In this document: positions 40,801-53,455 of the stretch, one piece after another
Layout: each line of letters begins with the position of its first letter
Numbering within the stretch: position 1 is the first letter of the stretch
The notes under the pieces: generated by a model
Told to the model about the DNA's origin: nothing
What the model saw: the letters and a program-made list of their open reading frames with translations, nothing else
Databases searched by the model: none
NCBI GenBank assembly: GCA_023213395.1
Contig: CM041465.1
Span: 234,367,741 to 234,431,740 of the forward strand
DNA: 64,000 bases
Direction: 5' to 3'
Source: Cycas panzhihuaensis
Taxonomy: Eukaryota > Plantae > Cycadophyta
Made by a program: the position numbers and the translations under genes

Positions 40801-41649
40801 AATGCATGACCTTAGAGATAAGCAGGTCATGCCCTAATAGAGAAGGCAAGGTTGTAAAGATCTAACATCCTAATTAATCAATCTTTATAAAGTTTTGGTA
40901 TACTAATGAATCCTTAAAACCACTTAGGGTATTGTAGAATTATATTAACAAAAAGATCACCATTATTTATCCTCTCAAGTAATTGACAATTTGGAGGGAA
41001 TTTTTAGGTTACTCATACTGAGTGCTAAGGTGGTGCCTTGAAGGAGTGCAATATCACTACTTAGAGGATACCATTACAAGGGGGATGAGCTTAATAAAAA
41101 GATAATAGCTAAGGGATTACCTTAACTTATTAGATATATTTAACACCTTATAAGTATTATATGGGTATAGGAATTATACCTGAGCCCCTTTATGGGGTCT
41201 AAGGGCCCATTGTAGGGACCCCAACTAGGGGGTCTAGGGGTCCAACAGCCCCCTAGATAAGGGTTCTAGGGCAGGAACCCTCGAGAAATTTTTTTGGGTG
41301 TCTTATAAGGTCTTTGTTAGCCCATGGTTTATGCCCATTGTATTATAAAACTATAAGGTGGTATCTTATAATGTTGTATCTATATATTCTTATATAATGA
41401 CACATGTAATATGGTTGTGGATGAGTCTTTAATCAGTCAATAAGAAGAGTTGGGGTTTATTCATCTTTTAAATTCTTTAACTATTGCTTAGATTAATAAA
41501 AGGTTTATGCTTAGACCTAAATCTCTTGGTGTTCTTTATTAAGTACTTGGTTTATTTATTCTATTTGTTCTTTGCATGGTTTAGAGTTATATTATTGCAT
41601 TGCTTCTATAGTTATATTTTTCTATTCACAACTAGAGGTTGGGTTACCC

Positions 41650-43157
41650 CTTCACTTTCCTCAAGGTGATGACTATCAAAAACTAATTTAACTTTGTCTT
41701 AAGAATAGGAAGGGAAGCAAGGCCATCATTATGCCATGAGTTAATGATTTTAAAGGACCCTTCTAAAGAATCATCCCAGTATGGGAGGCCAATATCCTAG
41801 TCAAGACACTATAGTAAATCCATAAATGGTTCTGGAAGAGGATTAAATAGGTCTTGTTTTGGATCAAGGTGAAAAATAGAATGGTCATTAGGCTTATGAG
41901 AAAGGCTAAGTAGGGAACAGTTAGAAGCAATGAACTCCTCATGGGAAAAGACTAAATTAGACTCACTATCTGAGTTATATATAATGGGGACTTGATGTGA
42001 ATCTGACTATACATCAACAAGATAAAGGGAATGCCACATGTGATGAGTCATATTAATAGACCATGATGGTGAAGGGGGGTGGTTTTTGGCACTTAGTGAG
42101 GTCTTAGTCTCAGTGAAAGGATGACTAGGGGTCCTTAAGAAGGGACCAAAAAGAGGGGAAATATCTTCATGGAATAGTTCCCATAGAGTATGGGAGACAA
42201 GAGCAACCCATCATATAGGGGGCTTATAGTACTCAATGTCTAAATTAGGGTGACTAAGTATGGCTAGTTAACCATAGCTATCTATAGTAATAGGGTAAAA
42301 TAGATGATACTTAGCTCAGGTGAAGGTGGGTCTACCTCATGATAGAGCTTAGGTCCTTGAAAAAAGTTTTTAAGCAAAGGGTTAAGTTCATCACAATCAC
42401 TATCTTAGGTACCAAATATAGCTTGGATGGGTGAGTAAGAGAATTAAGAAGGGGAGGGCTTATAAGCCACAACTCAAACCTACCCTTTATAGATGAATTT
42501 AAGTTGCCCCTATAGAGAAGAACAAAAAGCCCCTATTTAGTCCAACTAAGGCCATCCTAAGAGGAGGTTATAATTGACATTTCTAAGGAAAATAATACCA
42601 GTGTGGATAATTTATCTTCTAATATGAGGGGTATAATAATAGTCCTAAAGGAAGTTATTTTATTACCATCATATCCTTGGCACTTCTATGGGACTGGCTT
42701 AAGAGCCCTAATTCCTAATTTCTTAAGCATTTAAGTAGGCATGGCATTCACTAAAGAACCATTATCAATAACTATTCTCTTCAAGGTAAAGTTAGGGGTC
42801 TTAATTATAATGATGAATGGGTAATATTAATAACACTCATACTCACTAGTAGATAGTAGATAATTAGGGTCAAAAGAGATAATGGGTGAACTATAAGAGG
42901 TGGTGATGATAGTGTGGATAGGAGCTTCCTTGTGGCTAAGAGCCTTAAGGAATAGGGCTTGTTAATGAGGGCAACTGTGCAAGATGTCTATCATAGACAT
43001 ACTAGTAAAAATTATATGAAGCTCTTCTATAATAGAGGATTTCACCTTACTAGTGGGTTGGGGAAAGCTTCTTTTGAAATCATAGTAACTAGGGCAAGGA
43101 TCAATAGGTGGTTGTTGGGATAATAAAACTTCCCCAACTTATTTAACTACTTGAGCA
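41650..43157 (-). pseudogene. Element B protease-region remnant
   Basis: IDNGS aspartic protease motif and an LLLGRPW-like motif read on the minus strand. Confidence 0.75.
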
Positions 43158-46100
43158 TGAAAGAGGTTAATGTATCAAGGTCATTTGTATAGATTAATTA
43201 TGACCTTAGGATATATTGATTAGCATTAGTCTCTTAATGAAATGCACTTTATATGAATTTAGATATAATTTTGGGTTCATGTCATTAGATGGGAAAATCC
43301 TAACCCTAATGCTTACCCTCAATAATAAAAGGCAAAATCTCAAGGAGTGAGTCATTATTCATTCTCACCTCTAGGCTTGCTCTCATATCTTGTTTCATCT
43401 CTTTTTCATTCTCCATTGCCATTGTATACATGTGAGTGATTTATTCCCTAGATCCATCCTTCCTTCATATGGTATCAGAGCTAGAAGGGGATATATTCAT
43501 TCCATTCCACTTGCATGGAGTCATTTTGCCTCTCCTTCACCTTTAATGTGAAGTATTGAGAGTGCATTCATTATTTTTTAACATTTCAAGAGCTCAAAAT
43601 TATAGTACTTTGTATGTTGCTACTTTCTCTATGTGTGAAAAAATTTAGAGGTGAAAAATATTGGTTTTTAAAGTCATCTAGCTATCAGAACAGTCCCAGA
43701 AATATTAAAGGCTCAAAATTTCATAAAAAATTTGACCACCTCAGATTTTGATAAAATTTGGCATACATGGTCAACTTTACTAGAGGATCATTTTTGTCTT
43801 CTAGAGAAACTACATGTTGAACCTACAATAGTGATTTTTGGCTGTGAAAAAAGGGTAAAATTTGTAGATAAGTGATTTAAGACACTTTTCCTAATGAAAT
43901 CCTTTAATTATTAGCTAAAACGCTAAAATATTTATTAAGGGATCTAGTATATTTATGTCTTAGGATTAGTTTCAGATAAATCTCATCAAATTTGATCCAC
44001 TAGTTAGTGAGATCTATGCAGTTTCTTACAGTTGTTGATTTTTCCTACTCAACTCCACAAAGGATATTGCAAGGGCATTTTGGGTAGATTTTTGACAGAT
44101 TTTAGAGATGGTGTAGAAGGGAAAGTTAATGTATGTGTCAAAATGTAACTTTTCACATATTGAAGTTCAGATTCTGAGATAGTGGATCTTGTAGGATTTT
44201 GCTTTTGTACTTTTTCAAGCAAAACATTTTTTATGCCTTTTCAGAAATCTGGCTTCACAACTCTATCAAAAATAGCATTCTGAACACATTTTCCTTTTGT
44301 CATAAATTCAGATTTCATCATTTAGGCCTTCATATTTGTAATTTTAAAAAATTATACTTATTTATCATTATTTATAAATTTTGTAAAAAAATCACAAAAT
44401 AGAGCAAAATATCATGCATATAGATTTAGAAAAATCAGTATTTTTGTGGTAAGTTGATCCACTTTTTAGCCCATTATAGATTTTGTATCAAACTTCTAAA
44501 AATATATTTGGAAACATTGTACTAAAGCAAGGGAAACCTTAGATCAGAAACAACATTCGGTTCCCCTACTAAATCAAGCATGCTTTTTCTATTTGCATAC
44601 ATAGCATAAAGTATCACATAAAGAAGCAACAACAACAAAGCAAGTACAAAAAGTAAGCAAGTACATTTGGCAACTTTCCATTTTAGTTTTCAATTATTAA
44701 GAAATATCTTATACTATTCCTAAAAGGAATCTCATCCGTACATTGTATACCGCTAATTCTTAACTTGTGCGCACACTCGCCTTGGTTAAAATAGACCATA
44801 GTTGGCTAAAGTCCAAGTCCTAAGGGAGGTGTGAGTTTTATACTGGGTCTAGTCTTAACCAAAATAGTGGTGGAGGTATAGGTTAGCCATACCTATGGCC
44901 TCCAATCAGGTATAATCCTCATAACCACTAGGGAAAATTAAAAAATGGCCATTATATATCCATCATAGCTGTCATAGCCATGGGATATGCAGTATCATTT
45001 GACTCTTTAGATGAGGTATATAGCTGCTCACTGGTGAACTCAGTGAGGATTGGGAGTATCTGGGCTCCACTATAACTTAGATTTCATCACCAAGCGTAGG
45101 TGTGGGTATTGCAGGTGAAGGCCCTAATCGTATACTAGAAGCCTTAGGCATCAAAACCTCACCTACATTTGAACATAAGTGAGAGGTTGGTGGCATGACA
45201 CATCACCACTCTTTGCCAACTCTATATTAGGCCTCATTCTTGTATCATTGCTTATGCTTAGTTTTTATAGTTATTAAAATCATTGCCTGCTTCTTATCAT
45301 AATATTTATTTCTACATCCCTGTTGTACCAGGTGTATTAGCCACATGTGTCAGTGGCACATACTTCTATCATCTCTTCTACTTCTTCATCATCACAATGT
45401 CATCTCAATTTAAGTAGAATGTTAACTGCATATTGAAAGGCAAAGAAAATTAGGATTTATGGTGCACTAGAGTTAGAAATGCTGTAAAGTATAAAGGCCT
45501 TTGGAGAGCCCATTTGCAACCTACACCTAACATACTAATAATAGTTATAACATCCATTTTTGGTGGATCTGCCCCAATAGCTCCTACAGATGTTGTAACC
45601 AAACTACAATGGGAGATAGATGATGAAAAGATTTATAGGAATTATATTGGTTATTGATCACTCCTTGCACAACTTTATTAATGAAGAGCAACATGATACA
45701 ACTTAGAAGGTCCTTGAAGTTCTCAAGAAGAAATTTGATACTAAGTCAGATTTAGAATTTGTTCATCTTATTTTGAAAATAAAATAATTAAAAATGCAGA
45801 AGGGATGAGCTCATAAGACAATAAATCTCCTTCAACCAATCAAACAAGCAATTGATAAAGATTTTAAGACCCAATGTATCACTTGGGCATTCTTGATCTA
45901 GTCATGTCTATATATTCCTAATTATAAAACCTTGCTTGGAAGTCTTCAATCTAGTAGAACATTGAAGATACTCAACTTTGAAGCACTTACTAATAAGTTC
46001 ATAGAATTTGACAAGACCTTTGATATAAACTTTGTAGCCTCTGGCTCTCTTCTAGATGCAGCCTTTGAGGTAGAAGAAGAAGTTTGCTATATAAGAAATC

Positions 46101-49100
46101 AAGGTCCCTCTCATGGCAGAGGAAATAACCAAGTAAGAGGAAAGAGGAAGAAACATAGGAAATCATCCACAAGGTCAAGCAAACCCTCAGTCATAGCCTC
46201 GATAGTATCAAGGCCAAGGGCCACCTCAATAAAGAGAAAGACAGTCAAGCCAAACTAGTACCTCTTCAAGGACTAGTAATTAAACTATTATGTATGATCG
46301 GTATAACCATAAAGGACACTTAGAAAAAGACTACAGAACTGCCACTTATAAGTTGGCCAAGTTCCAACTAAAACATGGAGCTCATAATGTTAAAGAAACT
46401 TGTGAAGAATTCTTTAGTGGTGCAGGTTTTATACAAGCACATATTCAAAGAATTAAGGGATCTTTAGCATCAAATTATATTGACCAACCAAAAAGATACT
46501 TTGAAGCTCGATATGGATATATCACTTATGAATTCCCTTCACCAATGCCAAGCCCTATTAGAATTGCTAATAGTATGGCTTCAATCGAAGGATAGTGGAT
46601 CATGGACATAGAAACAACTCAACATATAACATACAATCATAGTCTATATCAGACATTTGGCTCAAATGTTGAAGGAGTTATTCACATGGCTGATAAATCA
46701 CAATAACCTGTTAAAGAAATTAGTAACATTCACTTAAATCTCCCAAGCTTAGAAGATTTTACATTGCTTGATGTCTTATACATACCTAATCTTAAACAAA
46801 ACCTACTCTTTTTATCTACACTTGTCTCTCGTGGATTTGATCTTAGTGTAACTATTAATGACCAGACTCTTCAAGTCATTTACCATTCAATTAATTAGGT
46901 CATTTTGACTCTCCATCTTCTGAAGCCTATTGTGCCCAAAACACTTGTGTCAATGAAGAATTTGCATTTAATTCCATCTTGACCCACCCAACATTATCAC
47001 CAGAAGCTCTTTGGCATGCTCGCATGGGCCATGTTCACATTGATAGACTTAGAAATCTTTTTAACACTCTTCCAAATCTTCCAATATTCTCCTCTAAGCC
47101 CTTTAAATTTGAAGCTTGTATCATTACCAAATCTCATTGATAACCTTTTCCCAAAAGTTAGTGGAAATTAATCCATCCATTACAATTGGTACACTTTGAT
47201 CTATGAGAACTAATGTCCATTCCTTCACTGAAGGGCAAGTTATATTACATCTCTTTTATTGATGATTTCATTAAAAAAGTATGGGTAACTTTTCTACACA
47301 ATAAAGATGAAGCCTTCCGTGTATTCAAAGAATTCAAAACCCTCACTGAAAAAGAGTTAGGTTATTAACTTAAATATCTTCAAACTGATAATGGTGGTAA
47401 ATATAACTCACATGAGTTTGAAAGCTTCCTTTGAGATAATGGTATCAAGCATCAAATAATAGTAGTAGGTACCCCACAATAAAATGGAGTTGTTGAGTGC
47501 ATGAATAAGACAATCATGAATATAGCTCAGGCTATGTTGATATACAAAAATACACCTGCCTACCTATGGGCTGAAGCTATCTAGATAGTTGTTTATTGTA
47601 TCAATGTTGTTATCCCATTAAAGGAAGGACAAGAACCTATTGAACAGTGGTCAAGAGAAGCCCCCATTATTCACTACTTCAAAATTTTTGGCTCTACATA
47701 CTATGTCCATGTTTTAGATGCAGATCCAAATAAATTCCAGCCAAGGATACTTAAAGGTATCTTTGTTGGATATTCTATGAATAAGAAAGGTTATAAGGTC
47801 TTCATACCTTCACAATAAAAATTCATCATTATGAGAGATGTCATTTTTATAGAGACAGAGGATTAGTTACTTAAACTAGACTCCAAAGTACCCTCATGCT
47901 GCTATAATCATGTTATTAAGTATGATGTTCAAATTCTAAAATTTGGGGAGGAGGGAATAGACATAAATTACTCCAAATATTGGAAGCTAACAATAGATCC
48001 TAAGAGGATATAAGTTGTGACTTTAAACCAATGAGTGCACATCTAGTACCATCCTTCGAAGATAGTAGAGTTACAAAGGTAAAGCCATTATAGAAGAACC
48101 ATCCTCTCCACTTTCAGTCGACAAAGGCAAAATAGTGGTAGAAGGACCATCTTTCTCATGTGCATCAACATCCTCCTCACAAAATAATCATTTTAATGAA
48201 TAAGATGAGAACCAAGAAGTTGAGGAAATAAGGACTTCATTCCCAACTCGAGGATCTCGAGAATCCCACCAACTTAATAAGGACATACAACCAGATGAGG
48301 TGGGCAAAACTAGCACTCGAAGTGCCCATAGAACAAGGATGGAGGAATCATTATATACTAAGCTTGAACTAGCAGAACTGCATCTTGCTCTCAATGAAGA
48401 GCCTCTAATGTACCAAGAAGTTGTAAAACATATAGTTTAGAGAAATGCTATAAATGAAGAGTACCAATCTCTTATCAAGAACAATACATAGGAACTCATT
48501 GATCTACCACTTGGCAGAAAGGCAGTTCAAATTAAATGGGTGTTCAACAACAAATATAGATTAGATGGCACCCTTTAAAAACATAATGCAAGGTTGGTAG
48601 CTAAAGGATTTACACAAAGGGAAGACATCGACTACACTCAAGTCTTTGCACCTATAACCAAGTGGCCTACAATTAGAACTCTTGTGGCCTTAGCTACTCA
48701 ATGGGGTTGAAAAATCCACTAACTCAATATTAAGACTGCATTTTTTAATGGAGATCTTGAAGAAGAAATTTACATGTCTCAGCCAGAAGGATATGGGATT
48801 GAAGGTCAAGAGCATAAGGTTTGTAGGCTCAGAAAGTCCTTGTTTAGCCTTAAATAAGCCCCTCACACTTGGTTTACCAAGTTGTCTGAAAGAATGAGGC
48901 AACTTAGATATGAGGTTTGTGACTACTAAGATATTGATGCAATATTATTCATCAAGCACCATAAGGATAAAGTCACTTATCTCATAATCTTTATGGATGA
49001 CATGCTAGTAATGGGAAATAATGAACAGATAATAAGCTAGTTGAAAAAGGACCTTAGTAAAATGTTTGAATTATTTGACCTCAGTTTGATGAAATATTAC

Positions 49101-50702
49101 TTGGGAATTGAAGTAACATAGAAGAATGGAAAAATTTTCCTCTCCTAAGAAAAATACAACAACGATCCTCTAACTAAATTTTAGTTAGAAGATGCTTGAC
49201 CAGTGATTTTACCTTTGGACCCTAATACCAAACTCTCAATTGAAGGTGACACTAGGGAGGTAGATATAACACTCTATAGGAAACTTGTAGGTAGTCTCAT
49301 CTATAATACCAATACAAGGCCTAGTATTGCATACTCTATCGGCATTCTTATTTGTTACATGATAAATCCTAAGTAGAATCATTGGCAGGCAGCAGTGCAA
49401 GTGTTGAGATACCTTAAAACGACTGGTAAATATGGTTTATTGTATGAACTTAATTCAGACTTCAATCTTTCTGCATACATAGACTTAAACTATGAAGAAG
49501 ATAAAGATATAGGAAGATCTACATTTGGGTATGTAATATTTCTTGTAATAGTACCAATATCATGGAGATCTAGATGGCAGAAGATAGTTGCAGATTCAAT
49601 TGTCGAAGTTGAATATATTACTGCTTCTGAGACCAGCAAGGAGGTGATATGGCTTAGAAAATTATTAGAAACATTGAATATCATCTAAACAAGTCCTACT
49701 AATCTTTATATGGATAATCAATTAGTAATCTACATGGAAAAAAATCTTGTATTTTATGATTGTACCAAACACATAAGTACGAAAGTCCACAGGATTAGAG
49801 AACTTGTTCATAATGACACAATTCAACTAGAATACTACCCCACAATAGATCAAGTGGCTGATATCTTCACTAAACCACTACAAAAGGTGATGTTTGAATA
49901 GTTTCGAAGGCAGCTCAACCTTAGGACCTCCATCTTTGACTGATCAATGAAGATGAAAACAAGATCATCATACTCTATTCTCTTTGTGAAAACCCCTTGT
50001 GGGCACGAAAGAATAAGAGTAAGTCTCTGCTCTACCCTCTTTGTGAAAAACCCATGTGGGTACGAAAGGATAAGGGTTGTAATAATTTTAGAAAATCAGA
50101 ACCTGTGAAAACCCAAGAGGGCATAGGGGATGATCAAACGGTACATGAAGACTTAATAGATTAAGCTGTATATTTAAGCTGCTTAGCTATCGGGCTACAT
50201 CAAAGAGCCACCGTATTTATTTTAATTTATAAAAGGGGCTATAGATCTTAGAAAGTTTGTGGGTTTTTATTCCCCATGAGGGTTTTCCCACAAAAGTGTC
50301 ATTTAGAATTTCAATATAATAATAAGGCTCAAATGAAGACCTCATAGAATAGATTTTCTTAAACTGACCTTCCAAAATTAAGGGGGGGATTGAAAGAGGT
50401 TAATGTATCAAGGTTATTTATGTAGATTAATTATATGACTTTAAGATGTATTGATTAGTATTAGTCTCTTAATGAAATATACTTTATGTGTATTTAGATG
50501 TAATTTCAGGTTCATGTCATTAGGTAGGAAAATCCTTATCTTAATACTCATCCTCAATAATAAAAGGTAAAATCTCAAGGAGGGAGTCATTATTCATTCT
50601 CACCTCCAAGCTTGCTCTTATATCTTGTTTCATCTCTTTTTCATTCTCCATTGCCATTATGTGTATGTGAGTGATTTATTCCCTAGATCCATCCTTCCTT
50701 CA
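43158..50702 (+). mobile_element. Full-length Ty1/Copia LTR retrotransposon, inactivated, with a ~1.9 kb leader
   Basis: LTRs 43158-43467 and 50391-50702; TSD GAGCA/AAGCA; perfect iMet PBS TGGTATCAGAGC (43470-43481); PPT AAGGGGGGGAT (50380-50390); gag LKGKEN*DLW (~45435), GAG-pre-integrase LWHARMGH (~47010), IN, RT (FMDDML, ~48990) and RH (DQVADIFTKPL). Confidence 0.95.
45398..49943 (+). pseudogene. Copia gag-pol pseudogene
   Basis: ATG at 45398; ORF fragments 45932-46258, 46290-46595, 49395-49688 and 49710-49901; internal stops and frameshifts. Confidence 0.92.
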
Positions 50703-50707
50703 AAGCA

Positions 50708-53430
50708 AAGGCTATTCGAAAAACTTGGCTAGTTTCTGATATATAAATCACCCTTTTACCCTTAGTAGTATGATGTTAGATAGATAAAGGCTCATCTTAA
50801 GTTATAAGGATAGTTGGACTAGCCTAATCAACTTGGGCTTTACCTTTAATTTGATTAAAAGAATGGCTAGGAGGGGTAGGCATTCATTGAGGTTAGAGAT
50901 GCCCCTTATCTCATTGGTTTTGCAGTTGAGGGGTTTGTTTAGAAGCATCATGGCTCAAGAATAAATCTTAGTGGATTGGTTGGTTTAGGTTTGATTTAAG
51001 GCTAGGTTGAGCTGGGGGATCTTAAGGGGGTACTAACTTAGGGTGCAAAGTTCAACTGTGGGCATCATCATAGGCATAATAACCATGGATAACACACCAT
51101 CTCTTCTTGAAAGAAGGTTAAGACTTCTTTTCTTAAGGAGGATTAGGACCTCCTTTCATTTATGTCATAGTTTGGTTACCTTGATGAATGGATTAAGATC
51201 CATAAGGAGGAGCTTGTGGCTTAAGGGTGAATTAATTTAATTAAAGTTTTAGATCCTTAATTGCATACTTAAATGAGTGAATAGTGGACATGAAAGAGTT
51301 AATTATTTTGTTAGTATTACTAACAAAAGGCCTAGGATCCATTAGTTGTAGCCTTTGATCTCATGGGAGGGGGGGGGGTGTCTCATAATATGAGGGAGGT
51401 CTATTAACCTTTCTAAGACTAGCTTGGATCTTAAGAGACTCAAGGGCCAAGCATTTATCTATGGATGAATCACATGTTATTGCTCTTATTTTAAAAACTT
51501 TGGTATGGACTTCAAGGTAAATAACATTTACAAAAATATCTCTCTTCAAGTCCTCATATAATATGGCCTTGGAGAAATAGAGGATATCATAAATTCATCA
51601 AACAAAATCATAATTAAGTTTATCTAGGCCTTGCTTAAGAGAGAGAAAAGCCTTGGCCCCACTTTAAAATAGACATGCTCCATCGAAATAGTTGACGAAG
51701 GTGTCAACTAATTGTTAAAAGCATAATATAGAATGGGTGGGGGGGGGGTGATACAACCAATTTAGAGTATGTCCCTAAAGAGATCTCAGAAATAACTTTA
51801 TCAAAATATGATCATAGGCACAATAATTAATGTACTCCATGGCAAATGCCATGATATGACCTATGGGGTCTTATGAGGATGTGCCTTCAAATTTTGGTGT
51901 TTTTAATAGATGATAGGGTAGGTTGGTCCTCAATGCTTCCATAAAAGGAGGACTACTCCTATATTCCATAAAGGGGCATGCCATTGGTTAGGCTAAAGGA
52001 TTAGGATGATGATAAGAAGGTTGGGGAAAGTAACCTAGTTAGGATTAAGGTATAGGATAAGGAGGATACCCTTACGAATAAGATACATATGGAGATGTAG
52101 ATTGAGGAATGCCCCTAACCTAATGGGAAAGCATGATGCCTAGATAAGTGTAGGAGGTATATGGAGGTGGACCACGGTAACCTAGAATACCATAGAGGGG
52201 GGTTTTAGTCAAATGGATTCACTTAAACTATCACCCCTTATGGACGGCATAAGGGGGGAATGGGTGGTGTCACCAATGACACCTAATAAGAATGAACTAG
52301 TAAGACTAAATAGGAGGGATGACTTTGTAGGGGTGGAGAGGGTCCACACTATACATAAAGAAGGGATGACATCTACTATGCCCCCACTATTGGGTTGTAT
52401 ATCCTAATGGGATATACAAGGCAAGGTTAGTATGATGTATATGAGGATAAGGTGTAGGACCTCGATTAGGTCTCATATAGTGAGGATAAGAAGGGATGGA
52501 AGGGATGATATATGGAACCCAAGTTGTGTTGGTTATGAAATGGATGCTTGTAATAGGGGTGTAAGGGAGGTAGTTTGGGAGACTTGGGGAGAAAGTTTAG
52601 GGTAATATGAGATGACTTAAGCCCCATCCCATGTGATGGATTAATAAAGGAAGAGGAGGTAGGAATGGCTTATGTAAGTAGAGCCATAGACTAAGCCAGA
52701 ACTTAGGGTAGGGAGTGACATTGTGTAGATTGAGTGGGAGTAGGGATAGTGGTAGAAGAGGTCAAGGCATTGAAGAGTAGGTGTTATGACTAAGAAGGAG
52801 TTGATTCACCTACTGTCACCTTGAAACGGGCCCTTAAGGCTTCCATGGTATCCCATTGGGAAGTGTGAGTTTGATTAGGGGTGGAGACATACTCAACCTC
52901 ATGACCCTACTTGAGAAAGAAGGAATGGGTGGATGATTCATGAGCTTGCAAAGGTTCTTAAAGGGGAATGGTCTTAATGATGTGAGGGAAGGGCCCTAAC
53001 AGGTTCTAGTAAGCCCCTTTGGCTTCTTAGCCTAGGTAAAGGGGGTTTACTTCATGAGAATAGAAGTATTAAGATAGTGTTACTCTTAAGTAAATGGTTG
53101 ATAGAGGTCTTGAGAATATAAGGGGTCATGTAACCCTTCTAAAGGAATGTAGTTAGCCATGATGACAATTAGTTATTCAGATAGGGGAATAACCTAAATT
53201 ATGTTTAAGAGGAGGAAGTTTATGAAGGTGATGAGAGAATTATTATATGTAGGTGGCCATGGAGAAGGTGTTATAGGTAGGGGAAATGTACCCTAATTCT
53301 TATGGATGGGAGTAATATGTGTGAGGGACCCTTACACAACAAGGTAATATGAACATCCTAACTCAAGGGGGAAAAGCAAAAGGGAGAAGGGATAGGGGTG
53401 AAGTAATGCTAAGCCAACACTTGACTAGTG
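50708..53430 (-). pseudogene. Element B 5' internal region: proline-rich segment and gag remnant
   Basis: G-rich plus strand (C/Pro-rich minus strand); retrotrans_gag-like PKFEG...DP..H...F motif at ~51845-51900. Confidence 0.65.
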
Positions 53431-53455
53431 AGTCCCTAGTATAGTCACTAGTGAA

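Noticed and set aside
41175-41630. Solo LTR containing a GGGGTCTAGGGG-type repeat block
   Set aside because: It looks LTR-like (TATAAA, ends TTCACA), but I could not establish the left boundary or a matching TSD.
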